A program made the position numbers and the translations under genes. The notes beneath the pieces were generated by a model. That model was not told the origin of the DNA. It was given only the letters and a program-made list of their open reading frames with translations, and did not search any database. Positions 8,922-18,944 of a DNA stretch of 64,000 nucleotides are shown here, one piece after another. This stretch comes from Thermodesulfobacteriota bacterium (lineage in GTDB: Bacteria; Desulfobacterota_D; UBA1144; Nemesobacterales; JAJCZQ01). The stretch is from positions 960,001-1,024,000 of the forward strand of contig OZ244044.1 in assembly GCA_965215275.1 (NCBI GenBank). Direction: 5' to 3'. Each line of letters starts with the position of its first letter. The stretch's first letter is position 1.

Positions 8922-10949
8922 ATGAACTATCAGAATAAACACTATATACATAAAAATAAAAAGAAAGAAAACAAAAGAAAAGAAATAAAGAGAGAATTAA
9001 AGAAAAAAGATGAGCAAACCTATAGACAATCAAGACAAAACAAAAAAGTTCTTGAGAAAGTTCAGGAAATTATACAAAAATCATCTGATGGTGATTACAT
9101 CTACCGCGGCGAACCTGCTCACTACGAAAAAGTATCTTCCTCCCTCTATCGCCTGTGTGAGAATATAAATATGGAACACCCTATTAGCGATATCCAAAAG
9201 CAAATTTTACAGGAGGCAAGAACATATATTAATTCAACATACGATGAAATTAATATTCTGTCTCAAATTCAACACTATGGAGGATCAACCAACTTCATAG
9301 ATTTTACCACAGATTATAACATAGCCCTTTTTTTTGCTTGCAATAGTGAACCCGAGAAAAATGGCAGAGTCATTCTAAAAAAGAAACAGAATGTAGAAAC
9401 CTATATTAGAGAACCACGTATTCCAACAGAACGCATCAGTGCTCAAAAAAGTGTTTTTATCCAACCGCCAGAAGGATTCGAGAAACCAGACGACATAGTT
9501 TCCGTTCCTGCAAAATTGAAAAAGGATATATTAGACCATTTAAGTAAATATCACAATATATCCACAAAAACCATTTACAACGATATTAACGGAGTTATAA
9601 AAAGACAAAAAATCCGCGAAAATGCATATGCGGAGTTTTACGAAGGTTATAAGTACGTTAATAAGAAAGAGTATGACAAAGCCATTGAATCTTATACCAA
9701 AGCAATCCGCCTCGCTCCGCAATCAGTAGAAACTTATGTTAACAGAGGAAATACCAGAACCGGACTTAAACAATATAAGGAAGCAATTAAGGACTATAAC
9801 AAAGCCTTAGAGATCAATCCGCAATCGGCAGAAGCTTATTTCAAAAGAGGAAATGCCAAAGTCAGACTAGGACAATACGAGGAAGCAATTGAGGACTGTA
9901 ATAAAGCCTTAGAGATCAATCCGCAATCGGCAGAAGCCTATTGTAACAAAGGAAATGCCAAAGTCAGACTAGGACAATACGAGGAAGCAATTGAGGACTG
10001 TAATAAAGCCTTAGAGATCAATCCGCAATCGGCAGAAACCTATTTTAACAGAGGTATTGCCAAAGCCAGACTAGAACAATACGAGGAAGCAATTGAGGAC
10101 TGTAATAAAGCCTTAGAGATTAATCCGCAATCGGCAGAAACCTATTTTAACAGAGGAAATGTCAAAGCTGTACTTAAACAATACGAGGAAGCGATCAAGA
10201 ACTACGACACAACCATAAAGATCAACCAACAATCAGCAGAAACCTATTTTAACAGAGGTATTGCCAAAGCCAGACTAGAACGATACGAGGAAGCGATCAA
10301 GGACTACGACAAAGCCATAAAGATCAACCCGCAATTGGCAGAATCCTATTTTATTAACAAAGGAAATGCCAAAACTGGACTTAAACGATACAAGGAAGCG
10401 ATCAAGGATTACGACAAAGCTATAAAGATCAACCAACAATCAGCAGATACCTATTTTAACAGAGGTATTGCCAAAGCTGGATTTAAACGATACAAGGAAG
10501 CGATCAAGGATTACGACAAAGCTATAAAGATCAACCCGCAATTGGCAGAAGTTTATAATAACAGAGGTATTGCCAAAGCCAGACTAGAACAATACGAGGA
10601 AGCGATCAAGGATTACGACAAAGCTATAAAGATCAATCCACAATCGGCAAAAGCCTATTTTAACAGAGGAAATGTCAAAGCTGTACTTAAACAATACAAG
10701 GAAGCGATCAAGGACTATAACAAAGCCTTAAAAATCAATTCACAATTTATATATATTTACTATTATCTGGGAATTATCCAATTATGCCTGAGCGAATGGG
10801 AAAATGCCAAAGCATATTTAAGCCCTGCTATAAAATATTTAGATATTGCTAAGTCATTCCAAAAACAATATAAAAGCGTCACTGAATTTGAGAAAAGATT
10901 TAATGTTACACTGCCGGCAGACATCAAGGCATTGCTGACCTATAAATAA
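8922..10949 (+). CDS. FRG-domain protein with about 12 tetratricopeptide repeats
   Basis: YIYRG, QHYGGSTNFIDFT, ALFFAC, ERISAQKSVF FRG motifs, then 34-aa repeats (AETYFNRG...YEEAI.D..KA..INPQ). Confidence 0.88.
   Translation: MNYQNKHYIHKNKKKENKRKEIKRELKKKDEQTYRQSRQNKKVLEKVQEIIQKSSDGDYIYRGEPAHYEKVSSSLYRLCENINMEHPISDIQKQILQEARTYINSTYDEINILSQIQHYGGSTNFIDFTTDYNIALFFACNSEPEKNGRVILKKKQNVETYIREPRIPTERISAQKSVFIQPPEGFEKPDDIVSVPAKLKKDILDHLSKYHNISTKTIYNDINGVIKRQKIRENAYAEFYEGYKYVNKKEYDKAIESYTKAIRLAPQSVETYVNRGNTRTGLKQYKEAIKDYNKALEINPQSAEAYFKRGNAKVRLGQYEEAIEDCNKALEINPQSAEAYCNKGNAKVRLGQYEEAIEDCNKALEINPQSAETYFNRGIAKARLEQYEEAIEDCNKALEINPQSAETYFNRGNVKAVLKQYEEAIKNYDTTIKINQQSAETYFNRGIAKARLERYEEAIKDYDKAIKINPQLAESYFINKGNAKTGLKRYKEAIKDYDKAIKINQQSADTYFNRGIAKAGFKRYKEAIKDYDKAIKINPQLAEVYNNRGIAKARLEQYEEAIKDYDKAIKINPQSAKAYFNRGNVKAVLKQYKEAIKDYNKALKINSQFIYIYYYLGIIQLCLSEWENAKAYLSPAIKYLDIAKSFQKQYKSVTEFEKRFNVTLPADIKALLTYK
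9725..10745 (+). repeat. Tandem ~102-bp near-identical TPR-coding repeats (about 10 units)
   Basis: Recurring blocks such as GAGGAAGCAATTGAGGACTGTAATAAAGCCTTAGAGAT and GAAGCGATCAAGGATTACGACAAAGCTATAAAGATCAA at 102-bp period. Confidence 0.9.
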
Positions 10950-10993
10950 GAATAAAGATTAAAGGTCAGATATTACAAACCGTCTGCAATTTT

Positions 10994-11020
10994 TGGGATT
11001 ATATACTTTGTTAGTCAAGA
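10994..11020 (+). mobile_element. Solo IS1595-like terminal inverted repeat relic
   Basis: TGGGATTATATACTTTGTTAGTCAAGA matches the left end of the intact element at 42026 at 22/27 positions. Confidence 0.55.
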
Positions 11021-11235
11021 CAATATAATTATTTAGTTAAAAAAGAAAGCGGAAAGATAAATATAGTAATAATATCATTTAAAACCTCTCTTCGAGAAAG
11101 AGCTGGACAAACTTACAAATGAAAAATTTTAAGGCAACTGCACACGATTTTCAATAAAGTATTTGTTCTTGCCGTCGCTTAAACCATATCTATCTCACAA
11201 ATTAAATCGTTAAGGTGAAGTAACAACAGAGCATT

Positions 11236-11703
11236 ATGACAAGTAACCCCACAAACGATAAAACCAAAGGGAACAAAGCCCGTATCTTTATAGATAAAAA
11301 AGGGAACTGGTTCCAGGACGGCCTTAAGATAACCCACAGATGGACCTATCTGGAAAACAACAGGAACCTTGACGTTGATAAAGACGGCAGGTTCTTTGTG
11401 GACGAAGGATTCGGCAAGGTTTACGTAGAGGTGGAAGACACGCCCTTTGTCGTTAAGATGGTCAATAAAAAGGACGGCGGTTTCTACGCAACCTTGAACG
11501 ACGAAACGACAGAATACACTGATCTTAAAAACGCCTGGTTCGGCAGCAATAACGTCCTTTACACAAAAGTAAAAAGCAATAAATACAGTGCCAGGTTCTT
11601 AAGTCCCGCTTATTATGAACTGATGAAATACCTTGAGCAGGACGGGGACGACCTCTATATCAGGGCGAACGGACAGAAAATAAAAATAGGCAGCACGGTT
11701 TAG
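11236..11703 (+). CDS. DUF1285-like protein
   Basis: IDKKGNWFQDG, VEVEDTPFVV and ARF..PAYYEL pattern. Confidence 0.65.
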   Translation: MTSNPTNDKTKGNKARIFIDKKGNWFQDGLKITHRWTYLENNRNLDVDKDGRFFVDEGFGKVYVEVEDTPFVVKMVNKKDGGFYATLNDETTEYTDLKNAWFGSNNVLYTKVKSNKYSARFLSPAYYELMKYLEQDGDDLYIRANGQKIKIGSTV

Positions 11704-12866
11704 CAAAGGGGTTTAAAAGCCTCAACGATGCTGTATATCAGCCTGTTGGAAAATATCCTTCCCCTGTCGGTGATCCTCAGGTTGCCACTGTCTTCTTCGA
11801 GCAGTCCATCCTCTGCCGAATTTTTCAGCCCGTCACGGCAAAGCACGGCTCCGTAGGTCTTTTTGATCTGCTCTATGTTAATACCTTTTTTAAGACGCAG
11901 ACCCATCAGCAGTCTGTCGGTCAAAGCCTCGTCCCTTGACAGTCTCTCGGTAAATTCACGAGCTGAACCACTTTCTTTTACAGCTTTTATATAAGCTTTC
12001 GGGTCCCTGAAATTGGTCCATCTTTCTCCCCATGGCGGATGGTCTTCCCCGTTCAGATGTGAATGCGCACCAGCACCCACGCCAATGTAACTCCCGCACT
12101 CCCAGTAGGTCAAATTATGTCTGCACTCAAAACCCGGTTTACAGAAGTTCGAGATCTCATAGTGCTCAAATCCGTTTCTCACCAGCAGGGAGTCCGTCAG
12201 GGTGAACATCCTGGAAAGAGCTTCGTCCTCGGGCAGTCTCAGCAGACCTTTTCCGTACATATCTCCAAACCTCGTACCGTCCTCTATCGTAAGACAGTAA
12301 GCGGACACGTGGGGCACGTTCAGTTCAAGGGAGGCATTAAGATCATACTCGACCTCATCAAGGGTCTCGTCAGAACTTCCGTATATAAGGTCCAGACTGA
12401 AGTTCTCAAAACCTGACCTGGCAACGTCCCTCAGGACGCTTTTACCCTCTTCCGGGGAATTAAAACGCCCAAGGAACTTCAACTTTCTGTCAGAAAAGGA
12501 CTGTATTCCCACGCTGGCACGATTTACACCAACGTCTCTGAAATGCCTGAGCTTTTCAAGGTCCGCGGTTCTGGGATTTATCTCAATGGATATCTCAGCG
12601 TCCTCGGCAAGAACGGCGTATTCACCAACTTTCTTTATTATTTTTTCAATGCTTTCAGGTCTGAACAGCGATGGAGTACCACCGCCAAAGAATATTGTGG
12701 AGACCGTACACAGGGACAGATATTCGGAGTGAGAATCTATCTCGTGCATAACGGCGGAAGTATAGTCATCTTCAGGAAAGCTTCCTCCCACGCCGTAGGA
12801 ATTAAAATCACAGTACGGACATTTCGTTATGCAGTAAGGCAGATGGATGTAAACGCTCGTGCTCAT
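11700..12866 (-). CDS. hemW: Radical SAM heme chaperone HemW (HemN-like)
   Basis: YIHLPYC...CPYCDF, FFGGGTPS, HYEISNF, HNLTYW, GVGAGAHS. Confidence 0.88.
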   Translation of the reverse strand: MSTSVYIHLPYCITKCPYCDFNSYGVGGSFPEDDYTSAVMHEIDSHSEYLSLCTVSTIFFGGGTPSLFRPESIEKIIKKVGEYAVLAEDAEISIEINPRTADLEKLRHFRDVGVNRASVGIQSFSDRKLKFLGRFNSPEEGKSVLRDVARSGFENFSLDLIYGSSDETLDEVEYDLNASLELNVPHVSAYCLTIEDGTRFGDMYGKGLLRLPEDEALSRMFTLTDSLLVRNGFEHYEISNFCKPGFECRHNLTYWECGSYIGVGAGAHSHLNGEDHPPWGERWTNFRDPKAYIKAVKESGSAREFTERLSRDEALTDRLLMGLRLKKGINIEQIKKTYGAVLCRDGLKNSAEDGLLEEDSGNLRITDRGRIFSNRLIYSIVEAFKPLC

Positions 12867-13003
12867 TATAAAACTTTTCCCTTACGATACCTGAACCCCT
12901 GGACCTGAACCATTGACAGCGGCCTCTTTACCCCTTTTTCAGACAGTTCGTTCATAAGCCAGTATTGGCAAAGACATCGTTGTGTATATATTTTCTGATG
13001 GTA

Positions 13004-15787
13004 ATGGATAATATACACATCAAAGGTGCAAGACAACACAACCTGAAGGATATAAGTCTGAACATCCCAAGACGGTCGCTCGTGGTTATCACGGGGGTCA
13101 GCGGTTCGGGAAAATCATCTCTTGCGTTCGATACGCTTTTTGCAGAGGGACAGAGGAGGTTCATGGAATCCCTTTCGACCTATGCAAGACAGTTCGTCGA
13201 TAAACTGGAAAAGCCGGACTTTGACTACATTGAAGGACTTTCACCTTCCATATCCGTGGACCAGAAGACGTTCCACAGAAATCCCCGGTCAACGGTCGGG
13301 ACGATCACGGAGATCTACGACTTCATGAGACTGCTCTTCGCCCGTATAGGAACTCCCTACTGTCCGGACTGCGGTAACGAGATCGTCTCCCTGTCAACGG
13401 GATCCATTGCCGAACGTATCTCCGAGGACGCAGGTGATAAAAGCATCCGTATATACTCGCCGATCGTACAGGGCAGAAAAGGTCAGTACAGAAAGGAACT
13501 TGAAGATATAAGAAGGGAGGGATTTTTAAGGGTCCGTATCGACGGGAACGAATATGATCTGGAGGAGCAGATAGACCTCGGCAGATACAAGGTTCACACC
13601 ATAGAGATACTGATAGACGTTCTGAGCTCATCGGACAGGAACTTCAAAAGCAGGATTGAGGAATCTCTTGATTTTGCAGTCAAGCGGTCCGGGGGAACTG
13701 TCGTATGCGATTTTAACGGCACGTCCGCAGCGTTCAGCAAGAACTCATCCTGTACCAGGTGCGGCTTCAGCTACAGGGAGATCTCACCGAGGATATTTTC
13801 GTTCAACAGTCCGTACGGAGCATGCACTGAATGCAGTGGGCTGGGCACAAGCTCTTTTTTTGACCCTGACCTTATAATAGAGGACCCCGAAAGGTCCATC
13901 GCGGAAGGGGCGATCGTACCATGGAGGAACTCATCCTACTACATGCAGCTTCTGCACTCGCTCGCGGATCGTTACAAATTCAGTCTTTCCAGGCCGTTCA
14001 GTAAGTTAAGCAAAAAAACAAGACAGATGATCCTGTACGGTACTGGAGAAAATACCAGTAAAGAAAACGGGTCCACAGATGATCCGGACGGGTTTGCCGG
14101 GGTAGTGAATATAATAAGTGACTGGTACAGTGAAACGGGTTCTGACGAAGTGAGAAGTTCCCTTTCAAAATACCTTGTATCAACGACGTGCCGCTCATGT
14201 GAAGGTTCAAGACTTAAAAAAGGGTCCCTGTCGGTCCTGATAGATGAAAGGTCCATCTTCGAACTGGTAAAACAGCCGGTGGATAAATCGATCAGGTTCT
14301 TCGGTGGTATAAAGCTCAAAGAAAGAGAAGCGGCCATCGCCAGCGGGATACTTACCGAGATAAATTCACGTCTGGGATTCCTTAAAGACGTCGGACTGGG
14401 TTATCTGTCGCTGGACAGAACGGCACCGACCCTTTCCGGAGGAGAAGCACAGAGGATCAGACTTGCCACCCAGGTGGGATCAAAACTGACGGGAATAACC
14501 TACGTTCTGGACGAACCGTCCATGGGTCTTCACCCCAGGGACAATAAAAAACTGATAGACACGTTAAAAACGATAAGGGATTCAGGCAATACCGTGGTCG
14601 TAGTTGAGCACGATGAGGACACGATAAGGAGCAGCGATCACATAGTGGACATGGGACCCGGGGCCGGGGAGCAGGGGGGAGAGATAATTGCCGAGGGCAG
14701 CATAAAACAGATACTGAAACGAAGAAGCTCCCTGACCGGAAGCTACCTCTCGGGACGGCAGACCATTGAAGTTCCTTCAAAAAGAAGAAAGCCCAGAGAG
14801 TTCATAGAGATATACGGAGCATCGGAAAACAACCTTAAGAACATAGACGTAAAATTCCCTCTCGGGGTCTTTACCTGTGTAACGGGGGTATCCGGGTCCG
14901 GAAAGAGCACACTTGTAGTGGATACCCTGTACGGTCACTTATCCAGAAAGCTCTATAATACCAGGGGAGCTGCCGGACTTATAACGGGACTCTCGGGAGA
15001 GGATAAGATCAACAAGATCATAGAGGTCGATCAGTCACCGATCGGACGAACTCCAAAATCCAGTCCGGCGACCTACACGGCGGTCTTTGCAGATATAAGG
15101 AACACGTTCTCCATGCTGCCGGAATCAAGGGCAAAAGGCTACGGTCCGGGCAGGTTCAGCTTTAACGTGAAGGAAGGCAGATGTGCTCACTGTAACGGTA
15201 ACGGGGCGATCATGATCGAGATGCACTTCCTGCCGGACATTTACGTAACCTGCGAGCAGTGCGGCGGGAAAAGATACAACAGGGATACCCTGGAGATCAG
15301 GCTCAGGGGAAAAAGCATCTCCGATGTACTTAACATGACGGTCCATGAGGCTTTGCTCTTCTTTGGGAACTATCCGAAGATAAGAAAAAAACTGGAAGTT
15401 CTGAACGAGGTCGGGCTTGACTATATCAGGCTCGGACAGTCCTCAACGACCGTTTCCGGTGGAGAATCACAGCGTATGAAACTGTCCAGGGAACTTGCCA
15501 GGAGGTCCACGGGACGGACCCTTTATATACTGGACGAACCGTCCGTGGGACTGCACTTCGAGGACGTGAAAAAACTCCTGAACGTGATACAGAAACTCGT
15601 TGAACTGGGCAACACGATCATAGTAATTGAGCACAACGTTGATATCATTAAGTGTGCGGACCACGTTATAGACATGGGTCCGGAAGGCGGCAGGGAAGGA
15701 GGGTACATCGTAGCCGAGGGAAGTCCGGAAGAACTAACAAGGTCAAAAAGATCATACACTGCCGGGTTTCTCAAAAGAGTGCTCTGA
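13004..15787 (+). CDS. uvrA: Excinuclease ABC subunit A
   Basis: GARQHNLK, two Walker A GVSGSGKS, LSGGEAQRIRLA, zinc fingers; start taken at MDNIHIKG. Confidence 0.97.
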   Translation: MDNIHIKGARQHNLKDISLNIPRRSLVVITGVSGSGKSSLAFDTLFAEGQRRFMESLSTYARQFVDKLEKPDFDYIEGLSPSISVDQKTFHRNPRSTVGTITEIYDFMRLLFARIGTPYCPDCGNEIVSLSTGSIAERISEDAGDKSIRIYSPIVQGRKGQYRKELEDIRREGFLRVRIDGNEYDLEEQIDLGRYKVHTIEILIDVLSSSDRNFKSRIEESLDFAVKRSGGTVVCDFNGTSAAFSKNSSCTRCGFSYREISPRIFSFNSPYGACTECSGLGTSSFFDPDLIIEDPERSIAEGAIVPWRNSSYYMQLLHSLADRYKFSLSRPFSKLSKKTRQMILYGTGENTSKENGSTDDPDGFAGVVNIISDWYSETGSDEVRSSLSKYLVSTTCRSCEGSRLKKGSLSVLIDERSIFELVKQPVDKSIRFFGGIKLKEREAAIASGILTEINSRLGFLKDVGLGYLSLDRTAPTLSGGEAQRIRLATQVGSKLTGITYVLDEPSMGLHPRDNKKLIDTLKTIRDSGNTVVVVEHDEDTIRSSDHIVDMGPGAGEQGGEIIAEGSIKQILKRRSSLTGSYLSGRQTIEVPSKRRKPREFIEIYGASENNLKNIDVKFPLGVFTCVTGVSGSGKSTLVVDTLYGHLSRKLYNTRGAAGLITGLSGEDKINKIIEVDQSPIGRTPKSSPATYTAVFADIRNTFSMLPESRAKGYGPGRFSFNVKEGRCAHCNGNGAIMIEMHFLPDIYVTCEQCGGKRYNRDTLEIRLRGKSISDVLNMTVHEALLFFGNYPKIRKKLEVLNEVGLDYIRLGQSSTTVSGGESQRMKLSRELARRSTGRTLYILDEPSVGLHFEDVKKLLNVIQKLVELGNTIIVIEHNVDIIKCADHVIDMGPEGGREGGYIVAEGSPEELTRSKRSYTAGFLKRVL

Positions 15788-15804
15788 TAAAAAAGGTGTA
15801 AACA

Positions 15805-16614
15805 TTGGATTCTGTTCAGTCATTTATATTGGGCGTAATACAGGGAGTAGCTGAGTTCCTTCCCGTCAGCAGCACCGCGCACCTTGTTTTATTCCCGTGG
15901 ATACTTTCATGGCAGGACCCCGGACTGCCTTTCAACGTGGCCCTTCATCTCGGAAGTCTCATTGCGATACTCACCTATTTTCGAAACGACTGGAAGCATA
16001 TAACGTCGGATTTTGTAAAATGCACTCTCAAGGGGTCGTACAGGGAAAGCGTTAACGGAAAGACGGGGCTTTTTCTGATAATAGGAACAGTGCCGGGAGT
16101 TATATCCGGATTCGTCTTTGAACCTTACGCGTCGGGAATACTAAGGAACCCGCTGTACATTGCGGTCGCGCTTGCACTGTTCGGCCTGCTTCTGCTCCTT
16201 GCGGATAAGAAGACCTCCAACGAACGGGAGATAAAGGATATGAACCTGACGGACTGTCTATTCTTCGGGATATCACAGGCGTTTGCAATAATACCCGGCT
16301 CGTCCCGCTCGGGAGTTGCCATCACGGGCGGACTTATCAGGAACTTCAGACGCGAAGAGGCGGCAAAATTCTCATTTCTTCTGTCCGCTCCCCTGATCGC
16401 GGGAGCCACCGTTCTGGAGTCAAGGCACATGGACGTCGAAACCCTCACAAGCATCCCGTTCATCACCGGGGTGGCCTCTTCCACCATCACCTCTTATCTG
16501 GTCATAAGATTTCTGCTTGGCTTTCTGAAAAAACAGAACTTTAAGATATTCGTTTTCTACAGGCTGGTCCTGGCACTTATTATAATCGCCTTAACTCTGA
16601 TCAGCAAAGCGTGA
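15805..16614 (+). CDS. uppP: Undecaprenyl-diphosphate phosphatase
   Basis: QGVAEFLPVSSTAH, PGSSRSG, AAKFSFLL; multi-TM. Confidence 0.93.
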   Translation: MDSVQSFILGVIQGVAEFLPVSSTAHLVLFPWILSWQDPGLPFNVALHLGSLIAILTYFRNDWKHITSDFVKCTLKGSYRESVNGKTGLFLIIGTVPGVISGFVFEPYASGILRNPLYIAVALALFGLLLLLADKKTSNEREIKDMNLTDCLFFGISQAFAIIPGSSRSGVAITGGLIRNFRREEAAKFSFLLSAPLIAGATVLESRHMDVETLTSIPFITGVASSTITSYLVIRFLLGFLKKQNFKIFVFYRLVLALIIIALTLISKA

Positions 16615-16649
16615 TATAATAAGCATCAAGGTCATCAGGAGAAATTTCA

Positions 16650-17873
16650 TTGCCCAGGTCCAAGCAGCTTAAACCAGCTTTACTGATCCTGATAACAGTC
16701 ATCTTATCAGCCGGGACCTTGTATCTGTTCTTCGAAAAAGAACTGAGGGCTGTAACAGAGCTTATAAAGGTCCCTTTTGCTGAACAGAGGGAACTTCCCT
16801 CCGCCATAAAAGCAGCAGAGGTCCCGCCATGGGCCAGGATCGGCCTGGAAAAGACCTATACGGGATTTAAAGAACCGGTCTATCTGACGACTTCCGGCGA
16901 CAGTTCACGGGCGGTTTTCATCGTTGAGAAAAAAGGCAGGATAATAGCTGTAAATAACGGCAAAAGGAGTGTGCTGCTCGACGTTACGGACAGAGTCAGG
17001 TCCAGGGAATACGAGCGAGGACTGCTGAGCGTGGCGTTCCATCCTGACTTTGATAAGAACGGAAGATACTTTGTTTACTACACGGACGTTCGAGGTGACG
17101 TCATAATATCGGAATTCAACGCCCTTCGTACAGGCAGGAAGGAAAAAATTCTGTTAAAGGTCCTGCAGCCCTACTCAAATCACAACGGCGGACAACTGGC
17201 GTTCGGACCGGACAGCTACCTCTATATCGGTACGGGAGACGGAGGAGCTTCGGGCGACCCTCTTGACAACGGACAGAATAAACTGTCACTGCTTGGCAAA
17301 ATACTGAGGATCGACGTTGATAAAGGTCAGCCCTACAAAGTACCTGAGGACAATCCTTTTATTAACAGACCCGGCAGGAACGAGATATGGTCCTATGGGC
17401 TCAGAAACCCCTGGAGATTTTCTTTTGATCCCAGAACGGGCGACCTGTATATTGCCGACGTGGGACAGAGCAAACGGGAAGAAGTCAACTTTCAGCCCTC
17501 GTACAGCAAAGGCGGACAAAATTACGGCTGGAGATACATGGAAGGGTTCAGTACCTTCAATGTGGACAAGGACGTGGACCTGTCCAGACTGACAATGCCC
17601 ATAGTGGAATACGGTCATGACGACGGATGCTCCGTTACCGGAGGTTACGTGTACAGAGGGAAGAAATACAAGGATATTGAAGGAACTTACTTCTTCGGGG
17701 ATTTCTGCTCAGGGACCATCTGGGGATTAAGAAAGAAGAACGGACAGTGGCAGTACGCAAAGCTTTTAAAAACGGAGACGCTTATCTCAAGTTTCGGAGT
17801 GGACCATGAAAAGGAGATATACATTACGGATTTTCTGTCCGGGAACGTACACAGGATAATCTCTACCCGATGA
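16650..17873 (+). CDS. PQQ-dependent glucose/sorbosone dehydrogenase family protein
   Basis: ERGLLSVAFHPDF, NHNGGQLAFGPD, GLRNPWR, ADVGQ...EE, SVTGGYVYRG; N-terminal TM. Confidence 0.88.
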   Translation: MPRSKQLKPALLILITVILSAGTLYLFFEKELRAVTELIKVPFAEQRELPSAIKAAEVPPWARIGLEKTYTGFKEPVYLTTSGDSSRAVFIVEKKGRIIAVNNGKRSVLLDVTDRVRSREYERGLLSVAFHPDFDKNGRYFVYYTDVRGDVIISEFNALRTGRKEKILLKVLQPYSNHNGGQLAFGPDSYLYIGTGDGGASGDPLDNGQNKLSLLGKILRIDVDKGQPYKVPEDNPFINRPGRNEIWSYGLRNPWRFSFDPRTGDLYIADVGQSKREEVNFQPSYSKGGQNYGWRYMEGFSTFNVDKDVDLSRLTMPIVEYGHDDGCSVTGGYVYRGKKYKDIEGTYFFGDFCSGTIWGLRKKNGQWQYAKLLKTETLISSFGVDHEKEIYITDFLSGNVHRIISTR

Positions 17874-18843
17874 CCTTTCTGACGACCTCCAGCACCTGGT
17901 CGTGTATCTTACCGTTGGAACCGATGATACCTGCATTGTCGTTAAGTGTTCTTCCCAGCGAAAAATCCAGCTTTTTACCGAAACAGTCGGTCACCTTACC
18001 TCCGGCTTCGGTCACTATGACGTATCCTGCCGCATGGTCCCATATCTTCTCGCGATAATCCTTCCGAACCGGCAGCCTCATATATAACGAGGCGTCTCCC
18101 CGTGCAAGAACCCCGTACTTACACTGGCTGTCTATCCTGACCGGCTCCCTTGTAATGTTCAGCATATCGGCGATCCGGGCAGAGGCGGCATGAGATGAAT
18201 GCGAAGGTTCCACCGATTCTAAAAACCTTGTCTCGGAGGCGTTTTTATGCTCAGATACGCTGATACTTATCACGCTGTCCAGACCAAGAGGTTTCATGTA
18301 AGCCCCCATGCCTCTGGCCGCATAAAAAACCGCTCCTGCGTCTTCTGCCTCCTCCAGAGGACCGGCAGGAAGGTTCGGACATCCGAGCACTCCAAGTAAA
18401 ACCTCTCCGTTCTCTATCAGGGCCAGTGCAACGGCGTACTGGTCCTTTCTTAAAAACCCCTTTGTCCCGTCGATCGGATCAAGTGTCCAGAAGCGCTTTT
18501 CCCTTCCTCCGTCATATGCCCCCTGACCGATAATGCTGATCACGTCCTCCTCCGTAATTTCAGAAAAGTACGGCCTCAGGTGACCTGACACTTTTTCTAT
18601 CAGTGCGTCGCCACGGGAGATCTCCTCAAGGTCTTCCTCGGCGGTAAACAGAGCATCCGGAAACGTATTTTTTAATTCACTGATAACTATCGTCTGCACT
18701 CCGAGGTCGGCTATGGTAACGGGTGACCCGTCCCTTTTCTCCACAGCCTCATCAGGAACCAGACCTTTTTGTACCTGCCTGCTGAAATCACAGGACTTTT
18801 CCACTGCTGAAACCGCAGCTGATAACTCCTTGCTGATATTCAT
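17863..18843 (-). CDS. 3'(2'),5'-bisphosphate nucleotidase, HAL2-like (inositol monophosphatase superfamily)
   Basis: SPVTIAD, AEE, LDPIDGTKGF, GCPNLP, DSQCKY, EKIWDHAAG. Confidence 0.88.
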   Translation of the reverse strand: MNISKELSAAVSAVEKSCDFSRQVQKGLVPDEAVEKRDGSPVTIADLGVQTIVISELKNTFPDALFTAEEDLEEISRGDALIEKVSGHLRPYFSEITEEDVISIIGQGAYDGGREKRFWTLDPIDGTKGFLRKDQYAVALALIENGEVLLGVLGCPNLPAGPLEEAEDAGAVFYAARGMGAYMKPLGLDSVISISVSEHKNASETRFLESVEPSHSSHAASARIADMLNITREPVRIDSQCKYGVLARGDASLYMRLPVRKDYREKIWDHAAGYVIVTEAGGKVTDCFGKKLDFSLGRTLNDNAGIIGSNGKIHDQVLEVVRKVIG

Positions 18844-18944
18844 CAAGTATCGCCCCCTCCATTTTTCTGGAATTTTTGTACGTTTATTTTCTCACGGACT
18901 GGAAAAAAATCTATGGTCATTGATGGTCTTTTACTGAAAGACCG

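Noticed and set aside
9725..10745. Regular repeats as a CRISPR array or DGR template/variable pair
   Set aside because: The period is 102 bp, in frame and encodes TPRs; there are no unique spacers, and no cas or reverse transcriptase gene in the window.
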